Source: a virus. Taken from it: a DNA stretch of 64,000 nt. A program made the position numbers and the translations under genes. The stretch covers positions 1 to 64,000 of IMG/VR virus record IMGVR_UViG_3300037852_000055; one strand, given 5' to 3'. Under the pieces are notes generated by a model, which ran no database searches, was not told where the DNA came from, and worked only from the letters and a program-made list of their open reading frames with translations. Positions within the stretch are counted from its first letter, which is position 1. Every line of letters begins with the position of its first letter. Of the stretch, positions 30,197 to 39,394 are shown one piece after another.

Positions 30197-30781
30197 TGTT
30201 TAATCCTTTGAAATAATCTGCGGAACGTTCTACAACAGTGTAACTGGCTTTCCCCGGTGTGCCCTTCCAATCCCCTGTTTGCGTGGGTTTCTGCTTTAGT
30301 GCCTGCCATTGTCTAGCTTGTACCACAGGTTTAAGCACTGGCGTACCCTGCTCAAAAATCTCAGGGTTTACATTTAGGAATTTCTTTTCTTTTGCATCGC
30401 TCTGGGCCTTGTGCTTAAATGCCCTACGGGTTTTGTACTCTGGTGTCAATTATAATCCTCCTTTGGAGCAGGGTACTGGTTAATTGGTTTAGGAAAATTT
30501 GGAAGCATGGAAATACCATACTCACAAATAGGAAGTTCCTTGTAAATATCCACAGCTTTTGCAACAGCTTCTTCTTCTGTGCTAAATACAAAAGCGTTTT
30601 CAAAATACTCACGAACGTATTCTTCCCATTTCACATTTTCAATGGCTTGAGCATCGGTTACTCTGTACTCCTTGGTTCCATCTTCCTTAGGAAAAGTTGA
30701 GATATACACACCGTTATCTGCTGACATTTGCATTCTCCTTTGGTGCCTGAATTTTGATTTCCACTGGTTCCTCCTCAGCAA
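30174..30781 (-). other. Two hypothetical CDS (30174-30449, 30446-~30727)
   Basis: Coupled ORFs with GGAG RBSs. Confidence 0.5.
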
Positions 30782-31697
30782 CTTCCACTGGCGGAAAATT
30801 AGTTGGGTCGCTTAGCGCCTCCATACACATTGCTTCTATGCAGGCTCCGTCATGGAAGTCAACCGCCATACCTTCAGCATCTCTACCGTTGCTCCCAAGC
30901 TTTCTCCGCATGATTTCCATAGCAGGCACTATAACATTCTTCCATGCAGATTCGTTGGTGTAGTAGGAGCGCACAATGCGTTTGTCAGGGCCTACCATGC
31001 CCTTAAGCCGTGCCACTTCTAGCTTAACCTTTTCTACAGTTAATTCATCGGCCTCCGTAATTAGGCGAACAATGTGTTCTGCTAAGGGTTCGTTCTTCTT
31101 AGTGTCACGGTTATAATAGGAACCCTCAGGGTTTAGTGTTGAAATTTCCCTAAACTTACTATAGTTCCAGTGCTGTTCTACCTGGGAACGTACAAGGCCA
31201 ACAGTGCGATACACTCGCACAATCTTAGCAAGAATCTGTGCCTTCCTGAGCTTTAGTTTAAGCTCTTTGCCAGCATATTCTTCTAAGTTTTTGTAGCCCC
31301 ATTGTGCTGGGTACCCATTTTCTTGAGCCTCGAATAAAAGCTCGGCAGCATCAAGAAGTGACCCAGATATTCCTGTAGACAATCTAAGCAAGGTTTTCCT
31401 AACAACCGCTGGGCGCTCCAAAGGTTTGTCCATTTCTTCTACCAAGTTTATTCTCCCTTCTTGCTTTCCTTCCCTGCGTCTCGTTGTGCTTGGTTCATTC
31501 CTTCCTTCCTTCGCGGCAAAAAGCCGCTGACCCCTTAATGCAAAAGCCGCAATCCCATTGTCAGCCTTTCTTTTCCGCTGGCGGCGGTGGAAGTTCTCCT
31601 TGATCGTTACCTGTGAATGCCGCATCGAGAATAATCGTTGCTTGGCGACACCATTGATTGTTCGGGTCGGACGCCGTAAGCCGCCGCGCCTTATCAA
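30714..31697 (-). CDS. Hypothetical DNA-binding-like protein (true start probably near 31440)
   Basis: GY.NLEEY...EL.L..RKA pattern; GGGAG RBS near 31455. Confidence 0.5.
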   Translation of the reverse strand: MIRRGGLRRPTRTINGVAKQRLFSMRHSQVTIKENFHRRQRKRKADNGIAAFALRGQRLFAAKEGRNEPSTTRRREGKQEGRINLVEEMDKPLERPAVVRKTLLRLSTGISGSLLDAAELLFEAQENGYPAQWGYKNLEEYAGKELKLKLRKAQILAKIVRVYRTVGLVRSQVEQHWNYSKFREISTLNPEGSYYNRDTKKNEPLAEHIVRLITEADELTVEKVKLEVARLKGMVGPDKRIVRSYYTNESAWKNVIVPAMEIMRRKLGSNGRDAEGMAVDFHDGACIEAMCMEALSDPTNFPPVEVAEEEPVEIKIQAPKENANVSR

Positions 31698-32454
31698 TCG
31701 CAGAGCGTAATTCCTCTATGGGCGCTTGGCCCCGGCTGTCAGGTTGGTCAGGTTTAGACTTAGAGAGAATTGTGTTCATCTGTGAAATGCGCTTATCTTG
31801 GCTGTCAGGTTGGTTATTCATATAATTTCTCCTTAGAAAAACCTTGGGCCACGCCCATTGTAACCCTCCGCATCAACCTTAGGTATAACCAATTCTTCAA
31901 TGCGTAGTGACCTACGAATACGACCAAAATAGTCTGCAATGGTATGCGTAGCTTCACTTGGCCCAGATTGATCCATGAGATAGTGATAGGCTTTCCCTAG
32001 GATACGCAGGGCGTCTAGCTTATTGTAGTGCATTATTTCTCCTTTGTAGTGGCAGAAGCAGTGCCTCGGGCTAACCCTGTGATAAAGTTAAGGGCCAACG
32101 CTTGCCAAAACCCAATCTTTGCTGTGCCAAACAGCACAGTTAAAATCCCAGGTGTAAACAAATAATTGACCACCCATTTAGTAGGGTAAGCAGTAAGCAC
32201 AGAAAGCAAAGCTACTAACCCAATGAATACAACAATTGCTCCCACAGCTTTCAAAAGTGTTTCCATTATTTCTCCTTTGGCTTAAACTGGTCTAATAGCA
32301 CTGTGTTCACAATGCACAAAGCATCGTGGTAATCCCGGCCAATACGCTCTGTTGTCCATTTAGAAAATATGTATCGCCTAACATCTTTTAGAAGTCTTTT
32401 TCCAAGGAATTCTATAGTATCTTGTTCCATTGAATTTTCCTTTGTATCGGTCAT
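31561..32454 (-). other. Four small hypothetical CDS (31561-31821, 31833-32033, 32033-32266 membrane protein, 32266-32454)
   Basis: AAGGAG RBSs and TAATG couplings. Confidence 0.5.
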
Positions 32455-32826
32455 GGGGCTGTTGCCAGCCCCACTCCTTCGCTTTGTCTAGGCAGTTGCC
32501 AAGTCATAGCCCTGATCCCCAATGGGAAACAGGAAGTTAGCTACTCGGCTGATTAGGCCTTTGCTGTAGTTGGCTTTTATTGGTTTACGTGTCCGTTGTA
32601 TTCGCGTGGCCACGTCATTCGCGGCTAGTCCAGTACCCTTTCAACATTGCAATCGAAACTATTTCACGCCCAATAAAGAAGCATAACATAGCTTGTGCAC
32701 ACACCTAGTGACTGGGTTATCGAGGGGATGCAGTTGGGTTTATGCTTCTTTTGGTGGACGTGGCGGTTTCGCAACCGCGTCTTGCAACGGAAAACATACC
32801 TTCATACTAGCGTATTCGTGGGCACC
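32455..32826 (-). ncRNA. ssrA: Circularly permuted (two-piece) tmRNA
   Basis: Minus strand: acceptor piece ..GAC-GCGGT-TGCGAA-ACCGC-CACGTCC-ACCA (3' end 32752); 80-nt intervening segment closed by a 12-bp stem; coding piece starting GGGCGTG-AAATAGTTTCGA (32671). Acceptor stem has G3.U70 and A73. Tag frame 32574-32488 reads ANYSKGLISRVANFLFPIGDQGYDLATA*. Confidence 0.9.
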
Positions 32827-33021
32827 TTACTTTTGCCTAACTCTGTACTGAATCCCTTCGCTTGCTCCGGTTTTCAATGCTTCCTGTGCAGCTTCCTTGG
32901 TTTCAAAGAAACCGGAAATGCTTGAGTTTCCTGAGCGTGTCCACTTGTTACTGCCATCGCTCATCTTGCGTTCCACGATGAATCTCTTAGTGTGCTTACC
33001 CTCTGGTGTACGCGATACCAT
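32827..33021 (-). CDS. Hypothetical protein (paralog of 21781..22065)
   Basis: AAGGAG RBS before ATG 33021; the longer ORF call runs through a structured RNA. Confidence 0.6.
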   Translation of the reverse strand: MVSRTPEGKHTKRFIVERKMSDGSNKWTRSGNSSISGFFETKEAAQEALKTGASEGIQYRVRQK

Positions 33022-33058
33022 AATCTTTGTTTCTCCTTTGTGTTTGAAATGTTGAAGC

Positions 33059-33199
33059 CTCAGGGCTTCCGAAGTGCCGTAGTAACCAGCAGGTTTCCAG
33101 TACAAGATCACTAGGACTAACGGCGTGTTGTTCCTAGTTTGTGAAAACATATACCGTGCAATCCCTTTATCCAGTGTGCGGCACTACGGTAACCCTGAG
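33059..33199 (-). ncRNA. Long-stem-enclosed structured RNA / RNase III-like site
   Basis: 21-nt arms CTCAGGGTTACCGTAGTGCCG / CGGCACTTCGGAAGCCCTGAG; internal ACTAGGA/TCCTAGT hairpin. Confidence 0.55.
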
Positions 33200-33261
33200 T
33201 GTTACCGGGGAGCTTTAGGCTCCTCCACCACCACAAGTGTACGCCTGTGGACGTTCTAAGT

Positions 33262-33879
33262 CTACTCTTTGCCGTTTGTCTTAATGAAGTGCCGTATGCG
33301 CTTCACTGTAACAACTACACGTTCTTCTGGTGTCTTAGCTTTGTTATAGGCTTTGACAAATTCAACAGGCCAGTGGTCTTCTTTGTAGCTAGTAGTGAAA
33401 GGCAGGAACAGTAAATCAGCTTGTGCCCCACTTATCCCAAGCATTTCCTCAGCCAATTCACTGGGGTCCACGTCATAGTCCAGTGAACAAAACTCAAGGC
33501 TTCCACTGTTTACCGACATTTCCTTAGCATTATTAACTAAGGATTGCTTAAGCTTAGGGTCGCCCAGCAAACAAACCCAGCCTGCGATACATCCCACAGT
33601 GCCACAAGAATTGAAATCCTTCTTAGCAGCCTTTGGAGTATATAGAATATTGCCTTCGGAGTCCTTAGCTTCCTTGCTATATACTCTACCCCAGTCTTTC
33701 ATATCCAACTTGCGAGGGTCTTTTTTTATAACCTTAATTACTTCCTCAAGTTTCTTAATGGCTTTTTTTAACAATGGAGGGTACAATTCATCGTCATCAG
33801 TTTGTAGCTCTTGTTTACGCTCCTCAAACTCCTCCTCAATTTCCTTAAGTCTTTCCTGTGCATTCACTGAAAGTCCCAT
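33262..33879 (-). CDS. Conserved phage hypothetical protein
   Basis: DM..W, CGTVGCIAGW, A...LG...A..LF pattern; AAGGAG RBS. Confidence 0.65.
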   Translation of the reverse strand: MGLSVNAQERLKEIEEEFEERKQELQTDDDELYPPLLKKAIKKLEEVIKVIKKDPRKLDMKDWGRVYSKEAKDSEGNILYTPKAAKKDFNSCGTVGCIAGWVCLLGDPKLKQSLVNNAKEMSVNSGSLEFCSLDYDVDPSELAEEMLGISGAQADLLFLPFTTSYKEDHWPVEFVKAYNKAKTPEERVVVTVKRIRHFIKTNGKE

Positions 33880-33890
33880 GGGCTTCTCCT

Positions 33891-34823
33891 TTAGATTTGA
33901 ATTTGTGAATTCTTTGTCTCTACTTCGTTTGTTGCTGGGGTTTCTACTAATTCTCCTTCCATGATTTCTTGCTCGGCCTCAACTTGGGTCTGCACTCGAC
34001 CTGCAGCCTTGTGTTCCCTAAAATCCTTGACCATATCCCCGAATTCATTCTGGGCTTCCAAGGGCATAACCCCGAAATCCTTGAACCCCACTTGGTATTG
34101 CCCACCCTTCTCTGGTTGGTGGCTATACATGGTAAAGGAAATCTTCCAGATAATGTCACTGACTGACTCAGGCAATGGCTGTTGATTCTCAGGGTTAGCC
34201 CGATTGTCTGCCTTGGTTTTTTCAATGATATTCTGAAACAGCCTGGCCACATTCTGCATAGCAGATTCAAAGGCTGATACGCTGGTGCCCCGTACATTAA
34301 AGTAGTAGGGAACCTTGGTTAAACGATTGGCAATGAATAGGTGCCAGTACTTCTTACAAGGCGGCACCAAGGCTTGCAGAGTATCCCCTGTGGCACCATT
34401 CTTCTTGGCTTCTCTCCACTTGGCCCACCCAGAATCTCCAAAGGGACATACTTCGCAGTACATGGCCTTAGGGTCTTTAGCGGCAGCATGTGGTTGAAAA
34501 TTATCCAAGGAAAAGCATAGCTTTGCATCTTGACTAAACTCCCCCTTAGTGTACAAAGCACGCTGTTCAATTGGCTCAATAAGTATCACGGCTTTAAGTT
34601 CTTTGCCTAGGTGTTCATTGGTTGAAGTTACTCGAAATTGTCCGGGGATAGCGCCTTCCTGTTGCGTGCTTTTGGAAACAAGTTCCAGCACTGAAGGTTT
34701 GAGCTTGAACAGCCGTTGCAAAGCATTCTGCTGAGCTTTAATCCTTGCTTCTTCATTTTTTGCCCCCTGCAATACCGGAGGTAGCGTAACGGGTACAGTT
34801 TCTAATGCTTGGGTTTCACTCAA
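33891..34823 (-). CDS. Putative ssDNA-binding/annealing protein
   Basis: C.S.D...P, C..CP, C..Y pattern; acidic C-terminal tail; near a PD-(D/E)XK nuclease. Confidence 0.5.
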   Translation of the reverse strand: MSETQALETVPVTLPPVLQGAKNEEARIKAQQNALQRLFKLKPSVLELVSKSTQQEGAIPGQFRVTSTNEHLGKELKAVILIEPIEQRALYTKGEFSQDAKLCFSLDNFQPHAAAKDPKAMYCEVCPFGDSGWAKWREAKKNGATGDTLQALVPPCKKYWHLFIANRLTKVPYYFNVRGTSVSAFESAMQNVARLFQNIIEKTKADNRANPENQQPLPESVSDIIWKISFTMYSHQPEKGGQYQVGFKDFGVMPLEAQNEFGDMVKDFREHKAAGRVQTQVEAEQEIMEGELVETPATNEVETKNSQIQI

Positions 34824-34833
34824 TTTTTTCTCC

Positions 34834-35094
34834 TTAGTATTTGTTTAGTTCTGAAGTAGTGTTGTATGCGATTTGTCCATGTCCATCAGTAGAGAAGTCC
34901 TCCTTGCTTACAAGACTACGTTCCATGTGTACTTTTTCATTTTCATATGGATTTATTTTGAAGGACATTAGTGTAACAGGGGTGCTTCCATTTACCGAAA
35001 CTTTAACATCAACAGTGCTACTATTTTCTACTAGAGAAAATTCGTAGGTCTTCTCCTTTACCTTAGGTGTTCTATCGGCAATACTTAATTTCAT
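34834..35094 (-). CDS. Hypothetical protein (paralog of 36323..36547)
   Basis: MK...A, SFK, (F/Y).TD..G.I shared. Confidence 0.55.
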   Translation of the reverse strand: MKLSIADRTPKVKEKTYEFSLVENSSTVDVKVSVNGSTPVTLMSFKINPYENEKVHMERSLVSKEDFSTDGHGQIAYNTTSELNKY

Positions 35095-36326
35095 TGATTC
35101 TCCTTTGTAATGTCTACTGCTGCAACCACTGGTAATGCTTTTTTCTCTGCCTTGGCTTTTTCCCTAGCTGCCTTGGCTTCTTCCTGAGTTTTCTTCTTTT
35201 CAATTTCCTTGAGTCGCTTAGCTTCGGCCTTGGCAATGGCCTTGGCAAGCTTCTCTTGCTCACGAGCAAGTGCCTTAGCTGTTTCTTTTTGTTCCTTCCT
35301 AATAACCCTGATCCCGTTCCTCTGCTTCTTCATACGTTCTTCTACGGAATTTACTAAGCGAGACAAGCTCAGGCACGCTAAGAATCCTGCAAAGTCATCT
35401 GCAAAATCATCTGGGCTTAAAAACCATGGTTCAAATTTACCTGCCTCATCTTCATTTTTTCCAAGGCGTAAAATCCAGCGGTCTACAATGGTTATACCAA
35501 GCTCCTCCTGCTTAGCCCTTTGGTAACTTGCCGTTTGATACAGATAGTTGATCTGAAGATGATTAGAACTTTTCCAGTCAATTAAGCTGAGATGATCTTT
35601 GAATTCTCTTTGGCAACAGGCTTTATCTTGGCACGAGTCACAGATGGCTAGTCCGTCCATTGTCCCGGCGTAATTGTGCTCAATACTATATACTTTGGTT
35701 TCCGTTTCAATCCAGCGTACATTGTGAGCATCCATCCATACCTTAGCAGAACCCGCAGCAGTTGCCGCACGTTCATCCTGAGGCAAGTTAATGAGTACTC
35801 TTACTATCTTATCAGGATCAGTCTGGATGGCGTAGGTAATGGAATCTTCTAAGCACTTGTGCGCTAGGTGCCCAATGTCCCCGGCCTCATCCAGCTTGTC
35901 CTTGTGTGCAGATTTACTTTCTAAGGCAATGACTGTAAACTCATCGAAGGTAATAGGTTTAATCCTGAGTATACCCTCGACTAATTCCGTAGGTATTAAC
36001 CGTAGGAGTTTTGCTATGGCTACCTTAGCAGCCCATGGGACTAGTTGCTCAGAGGCGTTGATAATCTTTGTAGTGTTGGTTACCCCATCTACTTCTTTAA
36101 GGTTCCCCAACACAGAGTCAACTAAAAAATAAACGTGGTCTTTGTTTAGCTTGAGGTGGACAGTCCCATTGTATAACCATACGTCATCGTTGGTCATTCC
36201 AGTGAATCGGTTAATGAACGTGTCCAGTCCCTTTGCCTTTGGGGAAGACTGTTCTATTAGCTCGGCAGAATCCTGAGGCGTACCCAAAGGATTGCCAAAC
36301 TTTGCCATTAATGTGCTAAAGGTCAT
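35091..36326 (-). CDS. PD-(D/E)XK (Cas4/RecB-like) exonuclease
   Basis: GVT...I, G...H..LE, E..VY, YAGTMD, IDWKSS, Q..SY. Confidence 0.85.
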   Translation of the reverse strand: MTFSTLMAKFGNPLGTPQDSAELIEQSSPKAKGLDTFINRFTGMTNDDVWLYNGTVHLKLNKDHVYFLVDSVLGNLKEVDGVTNTTKIINASEQLVPWAAKVAIAKLLRLIPTELVEGILRIKPITFDEFTVIALESKSAHKDKLDEAGDIGHLAHKCLEDSITYAIQTDPDKIVRVLINLPQDERAATAAGSAKVWMDAHNVRWIETETKVYSIEHNYAGTMDGLAICDSCQDKACCQREFKDHLSLIDWKSSNHLQINYLYQTASYQRAKQEELGITIVDRWILRLGKNEDEAGKFEPWFLSPDDFADDFAGFLACLSLSRLVNSVEERMKKQRNGIRVIRKEQKETAKALAREQEKLAKAIAKAEAKRLKEIEKKKTQEEAKAAREKAKAEKKALPVVAAVDITKENQ

Positions 36327-36547
36327 TCAGGTGTTTCTTCAATTTTACCTTTCTTATCAGTGGCATAGTTTTCATCTTCAACTCCAGAGTGTTTTACTAG
36401 GTATAGCTTATTCTCTACAACCTTGAAGCTTACTATATCCCAATCTTGGTCTGCATCAGAGACAGTAATACAATCATTCAAAGTGTTTTTCTTAAGATTA
36501 AGACGAACTAAAGTCTCTGGTTTCTCTGTTGCTACTGTAACTTTCAT
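36323..36547 (-). CDS. Hypothetical protein (paralog of 34834..35094)
   Basis: GGAGG RBS and ATGA coupling at 36547. Confidence 0.55.
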   Translation of the reverse strand: MKVTVATEKPETLVRLNLKKNTLNDCITVSDADQDWDIVSFKVVENKLYLVKHSGVEDENYATDKKGKIEETPE

Positions 36548-36987
36548 TGGGCCTCCTGTGTGTAAAGCAATGCAAATTCTTCGGTTCCTACAACGTGATC
36601 TGGCCTCCACTCAATTACATCTTCCCCTTGGTATTTCCTAGCAACTGGAATGGAAACCTTGGTAGTACCCTTAGGTGATTCATAGGCATAAAACCTATCA
36701 TACCCTACGGCTTCTGCTGAGGTTTCCCGGCGCACGATGCCATCGGTGCATACCAGTTCCCCAGGCAACACCTCGGCTGTATTACCTTGTGCTGATACCT
36801 TGTTTGCCTCAATGGTTCTGCCTATCTCCACTAACAGATCAACGTCTACAGCACGTTCATCTAGCGCAACAATGGGTGTTCCACAGAACGTGCCTAGAAC
36901 ATCCTCTGCAAATAAACCATCGTGAGAGTAAGTTGGGCCAACGTTTTTACTATGGGTATACAAGTTGTCTAGCTTAAGTGTACTCAT
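36544..36987 (-). CDS. Hypothetical protein
   Basis: Packed ORF. Confidence 0.5.
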   Translation of the reverse strand: MSTLKLDNLYTHSKNVGPTYSHDGLFAEDVLGTFCGTPIVALDERAVDVDLLVEIGRTIEANKVSAQGNTAEVLPGELVCTDGIVRRETSAEAVGYDRFYAYESPKGTTKVSIPVARKYQGEDVIEWRPDHVVGTEEFALLYTQEAQ

Positions 36988-37151
36988 TGTTTATGCCTTG
37001 GCTCCAAAGTGAAGTTCTACAAATTCACGCACTGTCTTTGCAATGGCAATATCCAAGTCTCCCCCAAATATCTCTAGGAAGTTCTTGGCCTGCTCGGTAG
37101 ACAATGTGCGGTCACTGACATTCTTAATTACAAGTCGCAGTTTCTCTGGGT

Positions 37152-38429
37152 TCATTTCTTCTTTTTCTCCTTTGTGATTGCTTCGGCCCTACGCTTGGTT
37201 TCTTCCCTAGACTTAAACTCTGCAAGTTGCTTTGTAACAGTCATGGTAGGAAGGAATAGGCTGCTCAGGAAATCATTATACCATGAGCCTCTCTTAAGTG
37301 TTGCAGACCTGAGGCGTTCCCTATCTTCAGGTGTAAGCTTCTTCCTTGATAGCGCCTTGGCTTCCTCAGTCCATGCCGGGTCATTTCCAAGCTTAAACAA
37401 CAGGGTTTCCACTTCTCTACGGATGGGGGCGTACTCATTCTGTGTCCTTAGTTCTTTCTCCTTTTTCTTGGCGGCTTCTACCTTTTCATTCAGTACGCTT
37501 ATGCGTATGCTGTCTACAACCTTCTTTTCCTCTAGGGCAGCGGCATTTTCTTCACGTTCCTTTTGTAAACGTTTGACTTCTGCTTTGTCTTTTTCTCGGC
37601 GTGCTTCAGCTTCTTTCTTGATAGAAGCTTCGTACTCATCCTTGGCTTTCTTCTCTCGTTCCTTACGCTCTTTTTCCAACCTCAGAGATTCTTTTATAGC
37701 TTCTTGTTCGGCCTTGCGAATTTCCTCCTTAGTTTTGTCTACGCGGTCAACGTTGCGCTTTATTTCACTGGTGATCTTGAGCAATTCACTGGTAGTGATA
37801 GGTACCTTTTCCCCGGTACGATCCTTGGTTACCAATAGGTTCTCATTGAAATGCCCTGTCTCTTGCAGATGCAAAGCATTAAGAGCAGCTACAACGCTGT
37901 CATCAGGCTTCACAGTGCCGTCCCCACGATCCTTTGTTCTTCCTAGGAATGTGGCTATGTTTTTAGCCGTGTAAGGTAGCTTGGGAAACGTTTTCCCAGG
38001 CTCCTTGCCGGGGACATAACTAGGGGCGTACCTGATGTGTGCTGCCGGAGTAAACTGCTCAATCTCAAACTTTATAATGCCCTTGGCAACACATTGCACA
38101 ACTGCCTTGACAGACTCAATTAAAGACTGAGGAGTAGACCCATAGGTTTCCCGGTTCTCCGAGTCCATTACCTGAATCATCTGAGCATCAGTAAGGGTTT
38201 TTATTATGAAGTCTGCTTCGGTTATACCTGAGCGTTTTGCACTTTCAAGCCTGTGATGGCCATAGGCAAGCTCATATTTTCCCTGAGCATTTTTTCTCAC
38301 CATAACGTTGCTCCAAAAACCTGTTAAGTTTATGGAAGCCATTAATTCCGCTATGCGTTCTTCAATTAAGGGATTGGCCTTCAAATCTCTAAATGGATTA
38401 TTTAGGATTTCTTTCAGCTTTAAGATCAT
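37152..38429 (-). CDS. ParB/Srx N-terminal domain protein with long charged coiled coil
   Basis: NPFRD, L..SI...G, YEL..GHHRL.A, EN motif. Confidence 0.85.
   Translation of the reverse strand: MILKLKEILNNPFRDLKANPLIEERIAELMASINLTGFWSNVMVRKNAQGKYELAYGHHRLESAKRSGITEADFIIKTLTDAQMIQVMDSENRETYGSTPQSLIESVKAVVQCVAKGIIKFEIEQFTPAAHIRYAPSYVPGKEPGKTFPKLPYTAKNIATFLGRTKDRGDGTVKPDDSVVAALNALHLQETGHFNENLLVTKDRTGEKVPITTSELLKITSEIKRNVDRVDKTKEEIRKAEQEAIKESLRLEKERKEREKKAKDEYEASIKKEAEARREKDKAEVKRLQKEREENAAALEEKKVVDSIRISVLNEKVEAAKKKEKELRTQNEYAPIRREVETLLFKLGNDPAWTEEAKALSRKKLTPEDRERLRSATLKRGSWYNDFLSSLFLPTMTVTKQLAEFKSREETKRRAEAITKEKKKK
37978..38002. repeat. 25-bp palindrome, copy 1 (inside ParB-domain gene)
   Basis: AGCTTGGGAAACGTTTTCCCAGGCT; 24/25 identical to 59921-59945. 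Confidence 0.8.
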
Positions 38430-38725
38430 TGTCTCCCTTCTATTTCCTTGGCAATTTTCCCTTGGAGCTTCTTGGTATTACGCTTCTGTTGTTCCTGCGC
38501 CTGATACTGTAGGAATGCATAAGGCTTGTCTCCAAATTTGCTGGGAAGATTGCTGGGTGTCTGACAGGCCTCTACTACTTGTACACCCCCAAGTTTTACC
38601 CCTACTTTAGTAGCAGGTATTTTGTACTCCACTCCACCATCAGGATAAATTGTCATTATGGTGGGCAATTCTACCCCGTACACTTTGACCAAACGCTTAA
38701 GAGGTTTGGTTAACAGTGCTGCCAT
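38426..38725 (-). CDS. Hypothetical protein
   Basis: AAGGAGG RBS; first gene after the promoter at 38842-38871. Confidence 0.65.
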   Translation of the reverse strand: MAALLTKPLKRLVKVYGVELPTIMTIYPDGGVEYKIPATKVGVKLGGVQVVEACQTPSNLPSKFGDKPYAFLQYQAQEQQKRNTKKLQGKIAKEIEGRQ

Positions 38726-38841
38726 GGATTCCTCCTTTGTGAGAGAACAAAGCCATAGGGTCTGGAGGTGTCTAAGCTATCTCTCATTTGCCTAAAACCC
38801 CTATGGCTTCCCTGCTGCGAGTTTCCTCCAGCATCTTAAAT

Positions 38842-38871
38842 AGTATACCACAAAACCACTGGTTATTGCAA
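38842..38871 (-). promoter_or_regulatory. Sigma70-type promoter
   Basis: TTGCAA-N18-TATACT with the same GTGGTATACT extended -10 as at 7799 and 51038. Confidence 0.7.
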
Positions 38872-39255
38872 GGCCATTTCCTCAGGCTTACCTCCAGCAT
38901 TGTAGAAGCGTACCCTTCGTACCCCAGCTACCCTGCATAGTTCTAAGCAATTGGCACAGGGCTTGGAACACCCAAGTGTACCATCAGCACGCCTACGAGC
39001 CACGTATAGGGTCAAGTTTCTATCACCCTCATAGTAGCGCCTTCTGACAAGGGCCTGGGCCTCAGCATGGGTGCTACGCACGAAGTCTTTTCCGTTGTCA
39101 GATGCCGGGTGTGACCGTGCATATATATTGGCACCTATGGAAAGAAGCCTAGGGCCGCTGTAGAGCGCAGAGCCTAACCGTAGGGCTTTCCTAGGGGCAT
39201 CCGATAGTTCCGTAGCAGCCAGAGCAGTTTCGTAACCGCGCTCTTGTTGATTCAT
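38863..39255 (-). CDS. Cytidine/dCMP deaminase-family protein
   Basis: THAE ... SKPCANC zinc motif. Confidence 0.85.
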   Translation of the reverse strand: MNQQERGYETALAATELSDAPRKALRLGSALYSGPRLLSIGANIYARSHPASDNGKDFVRSTHAEAQALVRRRYYEGDRNLTLYVARRRADGTLGCSKPCANCLELCRVAGVRRVRFYNAGGKPEEMALQ

Positions 39256-39394
39256 TTCTCTTGCAGAGCCTTAAGTTGCTGTACGACTTTGCCATAGTAC
39301 ACAATAGCTTTGTTTTCATTAACAGTGAAGTTTTCGCGGCCTTCCCTATTACGTCGTTTAAGTTGCTTGGAAACACTTCGCACGTACTGAGCAA

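Noticed and set aside
32455-32480. Hairpin between AAGGAG and ATG 32454 as an RBS-bridging element
   Set aside because: Leaves only about 1 nt spacing; a downstream AAGGA-ATG (MEQD) fits better, and the hairpin more likely ends the tmRNA coding piece.
33022-33150. N-terminal extension of ORF 32827-33150
   Set aside because: Strong AAGGAG precedes ATG 33021 and the extension lies inside a stem-enclosed RNA.
35091-36326. Cas4-like nuclease as evidence for CRISPR-Cas
   Set aside because: Stand-alone PD-(D/E)XK nucleases are common in phage recombination modules; no array or other cas genes.
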